64,000 bases of DNA from a virus. Taxonomy: Duplodnaviria > Caudoviricetes. Where the stretch lies: IMG/VR virus record IMGVR_UViG_3300043086_000064, positions 1 through 64,000 of that record, one strand, 5' to 3'. Shown here piece after piece: positions 50,340-59,157 of this stretch. The position numbers and the translations under genes were made by a program. Below the pieces are notes generated by a model. That model saw nothing but the letters and a program-made list of their open reading frames with translations, was not told the DNA's origin and searched no databases. The number at the start of each line of letters is the position of its first letter. Position 1 is the first letter of the stretch.

Positions 50340-50560
50340 TTTTAATTACTATTGTTCTCCTTTCAATGAAGACACAACCGAAAGAGGTTAAAAGTTGCGC
50401 CCTCATTGAAAGGAGAACGTTCATTCATTTAGTGTGAACCAAGGGACACCGCGTGGAGGCGAATGAGCTATCCCTCAAACTTAGGGGATAAACCCCTAGG
50501 CCGAAAGGAGGATGTTAACATCCAAAAAAACAAAACCGATTAGAGATTATCTCTAACTTC
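50340..50560 (-). ncRNA. Candidate structured small RNA A
   Basis: Minus-strand TATAAT near 50567; no convincing ORF; 15-bp stem TTCTCCTTTCAATGA/TCATTGAAAGGAGAA, TAGGGG/CCCCTA, GGATGT/ACATCC and UUCG-type loops. Confidence 0.45.
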
Positions 50561-50583
50561 TCTTGTATTATATCAAAAATTTT

Positions 50584-50961
50584 TTAAACTTGCAAATTTT
50601 TAATGAAATATTGACCAGGAACTTTTCTTGTAAATTCATTAGCTACACTAGCCATACTCATATCTTCTTTAGGGACAAACAATACAAAGCAATCCTCTTG
50701 TTTTACTTCGTATTTAGGAACTTTAACCAATCCTTTTGAGGTAGCTTTCATTTCTTCTCCTACAACAGTTTTACTGTAAATACCCATATCAAAAACATAA
50801 TGATTTAATCCCTCATGGCGCTCAATCTGACGAACATAATATTCATAATCTTTTCCATCTACTGTCCAAGTATGCTGCTCTAAATCTATAACAACTTCAT
50901 TCCAAACTCTTGTCACCTTGTTCAATCTACGCTGAAGTTTTTTCAATTTTGCATCTCTCAT
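50584..50961 (-). CDS. Hypothetical protein, tandem paralog of 51008 (start revised to 50961)
   Basis: MRDAKLKKLQR and EMKATSKGLVKVPKYE versus MRDKKLRKIQR and EMKSSPKGYVKVPKCE. Confidence 0.65.
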   Translation of the reverse strand: MRDAKLKKLQRRLNKVTRVWNEVVIDLEQHTWTVDGKDYEYYVRQIERHEGLNHYVFDMGIYSKTVVGEEMKATSKGLVKVPKYEVKQEDCFVLFVPKEDMSMASVANEFTRKVPGQYFIKNLQV

Positions 50962-51007
50962 TTTCTTTTCTCCTTTATTCATTTACACATATATTATACT
51001 AAAAATT

Positions 51008-51475
51008 TTATTTCTTTTCCACTTCAAACTCTGGGAATCTCTGTTTAGCCTCTACATAATTGCCATTATCATCATAAATAGGGGCATACAATAAACTCAA
51101 GACTTCTTTAATTTCAGGAATAAATGAAGTGTCTAAATTATCAAAAGTACCTTCAATCTCTGATGGAGTAAACAACTCCCAACGGTGAATAAATTCTTCT
51201 TCACACTTAGGAACTTTCACATATCCTTTTGGACTGCTTTTCATCTCAAACCCACCAATAGGGTGACTTTCATACAAGTCAATAGTAAAGCCATAAGCAG
51301 TTGGAGCTACATATATGGCAGCAGCCTCTTCGTCACACCAAGTAACATTCTTAATAGTATATCTTTCAGTTTGTTTCAAATAAAAATTCTCCTGTATATT
51401 TTTCAATTCCTTATTAACGTTCTTTATTTTTCTGTTAATTTTCCTTTGTATTTTTCTTAATTTTTTATCTCGCAT
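51008..51475 (-). CDS. Hypothetical protein, tandem paralog of 50584
   Basis: 155 aa; AGAGG RBS. Confidence 0.65.
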   Translation of the reverse strand: MRDKKLRKIQRKINRKIKNVNKELKNIQENFYLKQTERYTIKNVTWCDEEAAAIYVAPTAYGFTIDLYESHPIGGFEMKSSPKGYVKVPKCEEEFIHRWELFTPSEIEGTFDNLDTSFIPEIKEVLSLLYAPIYDDNGNYVEAKQRFPEFEVEKK

Positions 51476-51488
51476 ATCTTTCCTCTTT

Positions 51489-52562
51489 CTAATCTGGATA
51501 ATTCGTTTTTAAAAGACGTTTATATGTTTCCTCATTAGGTCGACCAAAGGCAAGCGCAGAAAACCAGCGGGGCTCAGTTAGCTGCATTTGTTTTACCCAC
51601 ATAGCGTACTCTTTTTTAGATTCATTTGGGCGGCTTTCAAGGTGCCGCTCACACTCATCACGAGCCTTTAAAAGTTCCTCATATAAATTTTTTAAATAAT
51701 CAACAGTGGAAACTAATTGTGGTCGATATAGAAGAAGCTCATCAACATCATTGTTTATTACTCGTTCAATTACCAAATCTTTACTAACCTCTTGTGTAGC
51801 CATCTTATGAACAGCAACATACGCAGGGTCTTTTACTTTTACTCTCTTGTTATTTTTATCCTTAACAATAAAGCCTTCATGTTCAACAGTGTCAGTCTTA
51901 TTTAATTCTTTGGCTGCGGCGATTACATCGTCTAGGTTGCTTAAAGAATAATACTTAGGTTTTTCAACATTTAAATTTCTGTCATACTCTTCTCCTGTTG
52001 CATTGTCTCGACAAGAGAGATGATATAATTTAGGCTTGTCATAGTGAACAACAACTTGCGTCTTAGGAGATACTAATTCAAATAGGTATGTGCAAAAAGG
52101 AGACATCAAATCCATTCGGATTCCACTGTTAGCTAACGCTTCTTTTATCTGTTGTGTAAATAACTCATCAGCATGAAACATTCCTTGAGTAGCAAATCGC
52201 CATTCTCCATAATAATAGGCTTTAATTAAGGAGCCATCAATCTTCTCTTGCACCTTTGCAGTTTTCCAATCAATAGCATCTGCATTAGACTCACCATAAT
52301 TAAAGAATTTATCAAAAGGCCGACAAACAAAAGCCATGTATTTTAAGTTAACAATGTGTCCGCGGCACTCTTTTTGCAGCGGAATAGACCAATCTAAGCG
52401 AGCCACAGAACCATCATCATTTACTTTTGTTTTGAGCATATTATATTTAAACAGTGCTAAGTCGCCTTCAAACTTAACATCAATAAACATATTAGCCATA
52501 TCTTCTTTTAACTGTTCTTTTGTGGTATAGTTATCTTTTAACCAGTTCAGCAGCTCACTCAT
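51489..52562 (-). CDS. ATP-dependent RNA ligase, T4 Rnl1-like
   Basis: RPFDKFFN, motif I EKIDGSLI, FELVSP, EGFIV, RVKVK. Confidence 0.9.
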   Translation of the reverse strand: MSELLNWLKDNYTTKEQLKEDMANMFIDVKFEGDLALFKYNMLKTKVNDDGSVARLDWSIPLQKECRGHIVNLKYMAFVCRPFDKFFNYGESNADAIDWKTAKVQEKIDGSLIKAYYYGEWRFATQGMFHADELFTQQIKEALANSGIRMDLMSPFCTYLFELVSPKTQVVVHYDKPKLYHLSCRDNATGEEYDRNLNVEKPKYYSLSNLDDVIAAAKELNKTDTVEHEGFIVKDKNNKRVKVKDPAYVAVHKMATQEVSKDLVIERVINNDVDELLLYRPQLVSTVDYLKNLYEELLKARDECERHLESRPNESKKEYAMWVKQMQLTEPRWFSALAFGRPNEETYKRLLKTNYPD

Positions 52563-52577
52563 ATTGACCTCTCTTTC

Positions 52578-52823
52578 TTAATATTGTGCTAAAATTTCTT
52601 TTATCTCATTATCTAATTCAAATATATCGTCCCAATATACTCGTATAAATTCATTAGCAGTTCTGTAATAATCAATCAACTCTCCTAACTCAATCTCTTT
52701 TGTTTCATAATCATGGAATACTAATCTTTTAAGTTTAAGCGTTCCATCATCTGTCTCATCAACAGCATACAATGTTACAGAGCCAGGGTTAATGTTTTTG
52801 ATTCTTACTAAAGTTTCGTACAT
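52578..52823 (-). CDS. Hypothetical protein
   Basis: 81 aa after TTGGAA-17-TATAAT. Confidence 0.55.
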   Translation of the reverse strand: MYETLVRIKNINPGSVTLYAVDETDDGTLKLKRLVFHDYETKEIELGELIDYYRTANEFIRVYWDDIFELDNEIKEILAQY

Positions 52824-52906
52824 AAATTATTTTCCTCGTTTCTTTTTACATGATTATTATAAAATAAAATTTTTAAAATTCCAAGTAGCCGATTTCTTAT
52901 ATCAAT

Positions 52907-52955
52907 TATGTGAATTATGTGATTTGTTATAAAATATGTGAAATTATGTGAAATT
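52907..52955. repeat. Four TATGTGA direct repeats at the strand-divergence point
   Basis: TATGTGA at 52907, 52916, 52935 and 52945. Confidence 0.75.
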
Positions 52956-53070
52956 AAATAAACTGACTTGACAAGACTAAAATTTTTGATAAGATATAGG
53001 AGTAGGAATCATGTGAAACACTTTATTTCTTGAAGGAAAAATATATAATATATATAGGGGGTATTCGGGT

Positions 53071-53244
53071 TTGAAAGACATTTTTACAAGAGAAGAGTTT
53101 GAAAAGATTAGAGAGAAGACAAGGGGCGAAGGCTGCGTAACACATACTCTTCTAGGAAATAAAAAAGTTAAACCTTTGTCTTTAAATAAATTAGATAAGA
53201 ACACTAAATTTAGATGTTCTTTATCTGATATTATAATTAAATAA
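53071..53244 (+). CDS. 57-aa basic mini-protein (TTG start), not in the ORF track
   Basis: GGGGG SD; C-terminal 33 aa match 53261-53413 at 19 positions. Confidence 0.6.
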   Translation: MKDIFTREEFEKIREKTRGEGCVTHTLLGNKKVKPLSLNKLDKNTKFRCSLSDIIIK

Positions 53245-53260
53245 TAAAAGGAGTCAATAT

Positions 53261-53413
53261 ATGGAAACTATAAAAGCTGTTAAAAATAATAAATTAGAAA
53301 CTCCTAAGTGGCATACTTTAATAGACAATAATAAAACAAAACCTATATCTTTAAAGAAATTAAATAAGAATAATAAATATCATGGTAGTTTATCTAACTT
53401 GACAATTAAATAA
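53261..53413 (+). CDS. 50-aa basic mini-protein, not in the ORF track
   Basis: AAGGAG SD; tandem paralog of 53071-53244. Confidence 0.6.
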   Translation: METIKAVKNNKLETPKWHTLIDNNKTKPISLKKLNKNNKYHGSLSNLTIK

Positions 53414-53820
53414 ATTTTTATTATTCTTTATATAAAGATAAACAATAGTAAGAGTAATATTTATATATGTAATTTATATATTAAATAATAATATATATAA
53501 TAATATACAATATATTTATATTACTCTTTTTATTTTTATTTATATCCATATTATATAAGACTCTTAAAAATATTAAACATCTTCTCTTCTCCAGGGCGGC
53601 AACCATTCGGAAGCGCAGAGGTTCCCGCACAGGGGAGTAGTAGGTTGAATTGAAATTAAAAATAATTTATAATATTATTAGTACATAAATAAAACGTTTC
53701 CCAAAAATATTATTTCTGAGAGCTTCTTAATTGTTTCATCTATTGTGTTTCCGAGGACTTACATGATAAAAATAAAAATTTATTATATAATTATTATGTA
53801 AAAAGAAAGAGGTAAAAAAC

Positions 53821-54519
53821 ATGGAATACAACAAAGAATTAGTAAGTAAAATTGATAGCTACTGCACATACCCATTTGCTTTTGATATTTATGAAGATGA
53901 AGAAGAAATGTGGTGGGATTTTCAGATTAGAGCAGAGAAAGATTTTCATGCTTCTGTTTCAAGAGGAATCTCTAAATGTTGCTTTGCTTTTGATGATTTA
54001 GACTATGTTGTTAAAAAAGGTTTTGATGGCTATATTGGCTATGAAGAATGTTGGGAGTATGATGAAGATGAGGACGAAGACAATCGAGAATCTTATCTGC
54101 GTGAATATTATAACGACTCTTGTAACATAGAATATGAATTATACTTAGATTTTTGTAAAGATGGCATTGGAAAATTCTTCGCTGAAACTCTTAGAGATGG
54201 CGATGTTTATATTCAAGAGAAAGTTATTCCATTAGATGAAGTTGAGGATAATAACTGGGACGCAGAATATGATGCTCTTTCGAGCGCTGAAAAAGATTAT
54301 TATAAAAATTTAGGTTATAATTATGGCATGGCTTACTCTTGGTTGTATGCAGCTTGCAAATGCTATGGTTATGAAGAAACAGAAAACTTCCTGGAAAAAG
54401 CTGAAAATGACTATGATTTTGATATTCTTTCAGATATGCACAATGGCAACTATGGATACAGAGCATCTGATAACACTCCATGTATCTTAGACTTTAGCGG
54501 CTATCCTGATGAAGATTAA
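53821..54519 (+). CDS. Protein-kinase-like-fold protein
   Basis: RGISK loop, YVVKK, EYELY, YIQEKV, catalytic DMHNGN, ILDFSG. Confidence 0.7.
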   Translation: MEYNKELVSKIDSYCTYPFAFDIYEDEEEMWWDFQIRAEKDFHASVSRGISKCCFAFDDLDYVVKKGFDGYIGYEECWEYDEDEDEDNRESYLREYYNDSCNIEYELYLDFCKDGIGKFFAETLRDGDVYIQEKVIPLDEVEDNNWDAEYDALSSAEKDYYKNLGYNYGMAYSWLYAACKCYGYEETENFLEKAENDYDFDILSDMHNGNYGYRASDNTPCILDFSGYPDED

Positions 54520-54588
54520 AAATCGGCTACTAGAAATTCTAAAAAATAAATAGTATAATTTTCATGTAAGTTAGAAAGGAAGCCACTT

Positions 54589-54813
54589 ATGAAATACATC
54601 AAATACGTCATTGGAGATTCAAGAAAACAATATTCAATTTATAAAGGTTTTGATGATACCACAAGAGAAGTAGATATTATCAACAAATTTGAATACTTAA
54701 AAGCAGACTACTACATTTCTAATTGGGATTGTGAAAAAGAAGATTTAGATTCTATCTCTTGTTTCTTTCATTTGACAACAGATGAATATTTCTTAAGAGA
54801 AGAATATGAGTAA
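54589..54813 (+). CDS. Hypothetical protein
   Basis: 74 aa, own promoter (TAGAAA-17-TATAAT). Confidence 0.55.
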   Translation: MKYIKYVIGDSRKQYSIYKGFDDTTREVDIINKFEYLKADYYISNWDCEKEDLDSISCFFHLTTDEYFLREEYE

Positions 54814-54947
54814 TGTTTGAATATATTTTAAAAGTAAATGGAGATGAGAAAAGAGGCGTTATTTGTGCGGGAAGTTTTCACATAGCCGTCAGAAACATTC
54901 TAGCAACTTTTGGGGAAGTAGAAGAATTAACTATAAGAAAGAGGTAA
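54813..54947 (+). CDS. 44-aa hypothetical protein, not in the ORF track
   Basis: TAATG coupling to the upstream gene; its end supplies the GAGG SD of the next gene. Confidence 0.45.
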   Translation: MFEYILKVNGDEKRGVICAGSFHIAVRNILATFGEVEELTIRKR

Positions 54948-54950
54948 AAT

Positions 54951-55178
54951 ATGATTACACCAATGATGTGCAGAGTCTTTGAGATTGAGGAAAAAACAAA
55001 AGAAATGGAAGTGTTGTTAAAAAGAGAGCTTGATGGAGTATTTTTTGACAGCGAAACTGAAGCCTACTATTGGCTTAGAAATGCACATGTTGTCTTTGAA
55101 GATTATGTAGGAGACATCATGCCTGAATCACTTGCGCGGGAACTCTCTCGCCACGCATCTTATCATGTGATAAAGTAA
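54951..55178 (+). CDS. Hypothetical protein
   Basis: 75 aa; GAGG RBS. Confidence 0.55.
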   Translation: MITPMMCRVFEIEEKTKEMEVLLKRELDGVFFDSETEAYYWLRNAHVVFEDYVGDIMPESLARELSRHASYHVIK

Positions 55179-55351
55179 CCTAATGATTATACCACGGAAA
55201 AAATTTAAAAAATTATTTGCAAATTAAAAAATTCCGTGTTATAATATATATGTAATTAAGGAAACGAGAAAGGCTTGCCAGTTGGCTGTTTCCTGAATAA
55301 GAGAAAAGAAAAGAAAAAGAAGAATTGGCTAGAGAAAAAGGAGAAAATAAA

Positions 55352-55738
55352 ATGAGAATCACTAACACTGAAGTATTGAACACAATTAAGGACGTATTCG
55401 CTAACATTGAAGGCGTAGAAGAAGACATGGCTGCAGCCGTTGAAGAGTACTGCAACACTCAGCTTAACTCTATCGTTAAGAAAGCTAACAACGCTAAAGA
55501 ACGTAACGCTCACAAAGAACCAAAAGAAGACACTCTGAAAGCTCAGGTTCTGGAAGTTCTGCCAACTGACTTTGTTGAAATGGAAGTTATTCTTAGTGCA
55601 TTGGCTGCTCAGGGCCTCGAAGTTACTAAGAGTCAGGTTGCTTCCCGTATTGGTAAACTGATTAAAGAAGGTCTGGCAGTTAAAGAAGTTACTCGCTCTG
55701 CTAAAACTCAGGTTACTACTTACAAGAAAGTAGCCTAA
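55352..55738 (+). CDS. Small winged-helix DNA-binding protein, related to 12430-12789 (start revised to 55352)
   Basis: QVLEVL...VTKSQVASRIGKLIKEGLAVK; AAGGAG RBS; near-consensus promoter at 55217; CTG/AAC/ACT/CGT-rich codons. Confidence 0.65.
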   Translation: MRITNTEVLNTIKDVFANIEGVEEDMAAAVEEYCNTQLNSIVKKANNAKERNAHKEPKEDTLKAQVLEVLPTDFVEMEVILSALAAQGLEVTKSQVASRIGKLIKEGLAVKEVTRSAKTQVTTYKKVA

Positions 55739-55744
55739 TTCATC

Positions 55745-55773
55745 AAGGGGAATTTACTTCCCCTTGTTTTTTT
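55745..55773 (+). terminator. Rho-independent terminator
   Basis: AAGGGGAA-TTTAC-TTCCCCTT followed by a T-run. Confidence 0.75.
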
Positions 55774-55811
55774 ATATTTTTTATTTTATAATATATATAG
55801 GAGGCTTAAAT

Positions 55812-56624
55812 ATGAAGTACACAGTAAGATACTATCCGAATGGAAAATACAATAGTGAAGCAGAGGAGATTTTAATTTTATATGATAGATTTGCAAAGAC
55901 TGACAGAGATGACTTTGAAGATTTTTGTGAAGAGCATAAGCATCAAAGAGTGTTGATTCTGATAGATGGCGAGAAGGATGCTGTCGCCGCGCAGAAAAAT
56001 TTAAATAAAATCAATAGATTAAGAGTTGAGAATGTTATGTTTCTATTGAATGTTTTAGAAGAAAGTTCTGCGGAATTGATGAAAGAATTAAAGCTGCCAT
56101 ATGGTCACTCTGTCCAAATAAATGACTTTCTCACTCTTGATTTGGTTTTAGCAAGAGAACCAAAAAGGATTATTATTGGTGGAGAGCTTCAATTTAGCGC
56201 TTTTGCTGTGAAAAGGATGTGCGGCGCCTGTGAGGTTGCAATCAGACCTACTCCATCTGTTAGAGGTGAAAAAGTTTGGACTTATGACTTTCTATTGCCA
56301 GAAGCTCTAAATGGAGAATATATCGAGCAGGCTTGTGATATTATTGATTTGTCATATATCACAGATTCTCGAATGGAAACATATTATCATATTTATAAAG
56401 ACAATAAGAATTGGATTGGAAAACTAAGCGAATTATTTCCACAAGTTGAATTAAGTGATGATTTTATGTTAAGATTTTTAGAGGGAAAATTTAATGACGC
56501 TAGACTTAGTTGTGCACTACGATGCCTAAGAAATAGACATTGTAAATTATGTGAAAATTGTGTAGAGTTAGCAAAAACTTTGGAAGAGATGGAGGACGAA
56601 ATGTATGGCAGCAAAAGGAAGTAA
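55812..56624 (+). CDS. Hypothetical protein with C-terminal Cys cluster, possibly U32-peptidase-like (start revised to 55812)
   Basis: GGAGG RBS before MKYTV; CALRCLRNRHCKLCENC. Confidence 0.4.
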   Translation: MKYTVRYYPNGKYNSEAEEILILYDRFAKTDRDDFEDFCEEHKHQRVLILIDGEKDAVAAQKNLNKINRLRVENVMFLLNVLEESSAELMKELKLPYGHSVQINDFLTLDLVLAREPKRIIIGGELQFSAFAVKRMCGACEVAIRPTPSVRGEKVWTYDFLLPEALNGEYIEQACDIIDLSYITDSRMETYYHIYKDNKNWIGKLSELFPQVELSDDFMLRFLEGKFNDARLSCALRCLRNRHCKLCENCVELAKTLEEMEDEMYGSKRK

Positions 56625-56907
56625 AGAAAAAGATATTGTAACAAATAAAATTTTAGAAACATTCAATAGTTCTTTTGTTTATTCTGATAAAACTATTAGG
56701 ATTCCAGTGTTTGTTGATGGTGACATTTCAGAAGTTAAAGTTGCTCTTACTGTTGTTAAGACTCCAGTTGGTCAATACAACGCCTTAGATGGAGGAATTA
56801 TTGGTCTTGAAGGTGTAACTCAAAAGGGGAATGGGGATACAACTACTCAACCAACACAACAGGAGATTGATTATCTTTATCATTATTTAAAGCTCTTAGA
56901 TATGTAG
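56605..56907 (+). CDS. Phage hypothetical protein, paralog of 57186
   Basis: MAAKGSKEK...IRIPV...VKVALT versus MAVRGAEEK...LRIPV...LKVQIT. Confidence 0.65.
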   Translation: MAAKGSKEKDIVTNKILETFNSSFVYSDKTIRIPVFVDGDISEVKVALTVVKTPVGQYNALDGGIIGLEGVTQKGNGDTTTQPTQQEIDYLYHYLKLLDM

Positions 56908-56916
56908 GAGGTATAT

Positions 56917-57120
56917 ATGGAAAAATTATATAGAATTATTGTCTTTTTCCCAGAAATTTTACAGTCTGAAATTTTTTATTTCCATGATGGTGAAGTTGAA
57001 TATGTCTTAGCCCAGTTGCGGCACCAGTTGGCGGAGAGTGAGTTTTACTACGATATTCTTTCTATTGAGTTAATTGATGGTAGTTACGATGCAGAACCAC
57101 ACATAGAGGAAATATTTTAA
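56917..57120 (+). CDS. Small acidic hypothetical protein
   Basis: 67 aa, AGGAGG RBS. Confidence 0.55.
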   Translation: MEKLYRIIVFFPEILQSEIFYFHDGEVEYVLAQLRHQLAESEFYYDILSIELIDGSYDAEPHIEEIF

Positions 57121-57185
57121 ATACTCGATTTTTTAAAAATTTTATTTTATAATATATATGTAATTAGAAAAGAGGAAAAATAAAT

Positions 57186-57443
57186 ATGGCTGTTAGAGGT
57201 GCAGAAGAAAAAAGTAAAGTATTTAATGATATAAAAGAATTGTTTAGAGGTTCATTTTGGGAGACTGAGGGCAAAATCCTCAGAATCCCTGTTAATGGAA
57301 TTGAATTGAAGGTTCAGATTACTGCGGCCAAGGATAATCTAAAAGGACACGAAGAGGTTCCCGCAGACCTTTCAGAATTGACTCTTGATGAGTTGGATTC
57401 GTTGATGGAGTATTTGAAAGAGAACGGTAATTGGGTTCTGTAA
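57186..57443 (+). CDS. Phage hypothetical protein, paralog of 56605
   Basis: 85 aa, own promoter near 57148. Confidence 0.65.
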   Translation: MAVRGAEEKSKVFNDIKELFRGSFWETEGKILRIPVNGIELKVQITAAKDNLKGHEEVPADLSELTLDELDSLMEYLKENGNWVL

Positions 57444-57455
57444 AAGGAGAAGCGT

Positions 57456-57719
57456 ATGAGATACTTTAAAACTGAAAGATGGAAAAATGGAAATAGATGG
57501 TACGTGCATGATGTTGGTACACCATGGTATTATCCAATTAGAATTTTAGGTATTACTCCTGTTGATTTTGTAAAACTTTTGGAAGATAAATACAATGCAG
57601 AAGTAAAATGGAATCGCACTTTCCTTCTGTTTGGTTTTGAAGAAGAAAAAGACGCTGCTGCTTTTCAAGAAATGATTAACAAAGAAGCTAAAAAGAAAGG
57701 TGTTAAGGTGAACGTATAA
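57456..57719 (+). CDS. Hypothetical protein
   Basis: 87 aa, AAGGAG RBS. Confidence 0.6.
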   Translation: MRYFKTERWKNGNRWYVHDVGTPWYYPIRILGITPVDFVKLLEDKYNAEVKWNRTFLLFGFEEEKDAAAFQEMINKEAKKKGVKVNV

Positions 57720-57973
57720 TGAATGTTTTTTTATTTACATATAAAGTTACTTACTATGACTCTATTGAGGACGACTACGGAAAAGCTAAAGGTGTTGTTG
57801 TTGCAGAAGATTATAAAGATGCAATTTCAAAATTAGAGTGTATGTATGGTGAGTTTCAAGGGGGTGGAGATGATTTTATTAAAGATTTAAGCCTCCATTA
57901 TTATCAGAATGAATACAATGATGGAACTGGTGTTTATCCAGATTTAAAACTACCGGAGGACGAAGACGAATGA
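57719..57973 (+). CDS. Small acidic hypothetical protein
   Basis: 84 aa, TAATG coupling. Confidence 0.6.
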   Translation: MNVFLFTYKVTYYDSIEDDYGKAKGVVVAEDYKDAISKLECMYGEFQGGGDDFIKDLSLHYYQNEYNDGTGVYPDLKLPEDEDE

Positions 57974-58686
57974 TATATTGTATCGCAGATGTCCACGGCT
58001 GCTATTCCTTGTTTAGACAAGCTGTGGACTATCTTAAAGAGGGTGATAAACTTTATGTTTTAGGCGACATTTTAGACAGAGGCCCGCACGGAATTAAAAT
58101 TTTAAGAGATATTATGAAAGATGAGAGAATTGAGCTTATCATGGGAAACCATGAGTTAATTTTCTTAGATGCTATTGATGAAGAACAAGGTCTTGATGAT
58201 ATGAATTTGTCTTTACAAACTTTGTTTATGAACGGTGGCGAAAAAACCTTAATTGAATTTAGAACATTTAACACAATAGAGCAGAAGAAAATGAAAGAAT
58301 ACTTGAAAAACTTGGAATATTGTAGTATTATTAGTTTAGAAAATAAAAACATTTTTTTGGCTCACGACAACTGGCCTTATCCATTAACCTTCAAGAGAGA
58401 AAACTTATTTTGGCGCACTGAAAAGTGTGATGTTTGTTGGAATCGGATAAAGAAAGATGATATTGTGTGGTCAGAAGAAGTCGATGATTGGTATCAAATT
58501 CATGGACATACTCCTGTGGGAACGAAATATTTTCCATCAATAGAAGACTATCCTGTTAATTATGCTGATGGGCACATGTGGAATATTGATTTGGCTACGC
58601 CTGAAACAGGATTGCTTGCTTTATTTAATGTTAGTAAAATGAAAGTGGAGAAAATTTTCAATGATTTATCGAACAACAGAGGGTAA
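57970..58686 (+). CDS. Calcineurin-like metallophosphoesterase (PphA/NinI-type Ser/Thr phosphatase family)
   Basis: DVHG, GDILDRG, GNHE, HGHTP. Confidence 0.9.
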   Translation: MIYCIADVHGCYSLFRQAVDYLKEGDKLYVLGDILDRGPHGIKILRDIMKDERIELIMGNHELIFLDAIDEEQGLDDMNLSLQTLFMNGGEKTLIEFRTFNTIEQKKMKEYLKNLEYCSIISLENKNIFLAHDNWPYPLTFKRENLFWRTEKCDVCWNRIKKDDIVWSEEVDDWYQIHGHTPVGTKYFPSIEDYPVNYADGHMWNIDLATPETGLLALFNVSKMKVEKIFNDLSNNRG

Positions 58687-58951
58687 AGAAATTTTTAGAA
58701 ACCCAAATTTAACAGATGAAGAATTTTTCAAAGAAACAGTTGCGCGGGAATTGGGTGGCGACTTCTTGGATTTATGGGAAGAGTTGCAAAGCCCTATTGC
58801 TTGCGATAATTATGAACTTGTTGCTGATGAATTACAGCAAGAGTTATGTTATGTAGGAGATGAATTAGAGGAAATTATTCGCGTCTGCAAAGACGCTCGT
58901 GTTAAAAAACTTTTACATTCTTTAGTTGTTGATATTAGTAACTTCTTTTGA
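58661..58951 (+). CDS. Acidic hypothetical protein
   Basis: 96 aa, GGAG RBS. Confidence 0.55.
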   Translation: MIYRTTEGKEIFRNPNLTDEEFFKETVARELGGDFLDLWEELQSPIACDNYELVADELQQELCYVGDELEEIIRVCKDARVKKLLHSLVVDISNFF

Positions 58952-59078
58952 TTTTTAAAAAATTTTTTGTTATAATTTATATGTAAAAACCAATCCCTAT
59001 TAAATGCAACAAGGAAAAAAGGTGAGGGCATGAGCTTCAATACCAAAAGAAAGAGAAGTTCATGGTTGCAGCCAATAT

Positions 59079-59152
59079 TGGGGTGTAGTCAAGCGGTAAG
59101 ACAGTAGACTTTGACTCTACGATCGTTGGTCCGAATCCAGCCACCCCAGCCA
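59079..59152 (+). tRNA. trnQ: tRNA-Gln (anticodon TTG)
   Basis: Acceptor TGGGGTG/CACCCCA-G-CCA, D-stem GTC/GAC, anticodon stem GTAGA/TCTAC with loop CTTTGAC, T-arm GTTGG-TCCGAAT-CCAGC; CCA encoded. Confidence 0.95.
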
Positions 59153-59157
59153 TTTAT

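Noticed and set aside
50420-50470. HDV-like/theta ribozyme suggested by GGCGAATGAG
   Set aside because: I could not build P1, P3/L3 and P1.1 from the upstream sequence.
55213-55513. Minus-strand ORFs 55213-55458 and 55256-55513
   Set aside because: Antisense to a promoter-, RBS- and terminator-supported wHTH gene.
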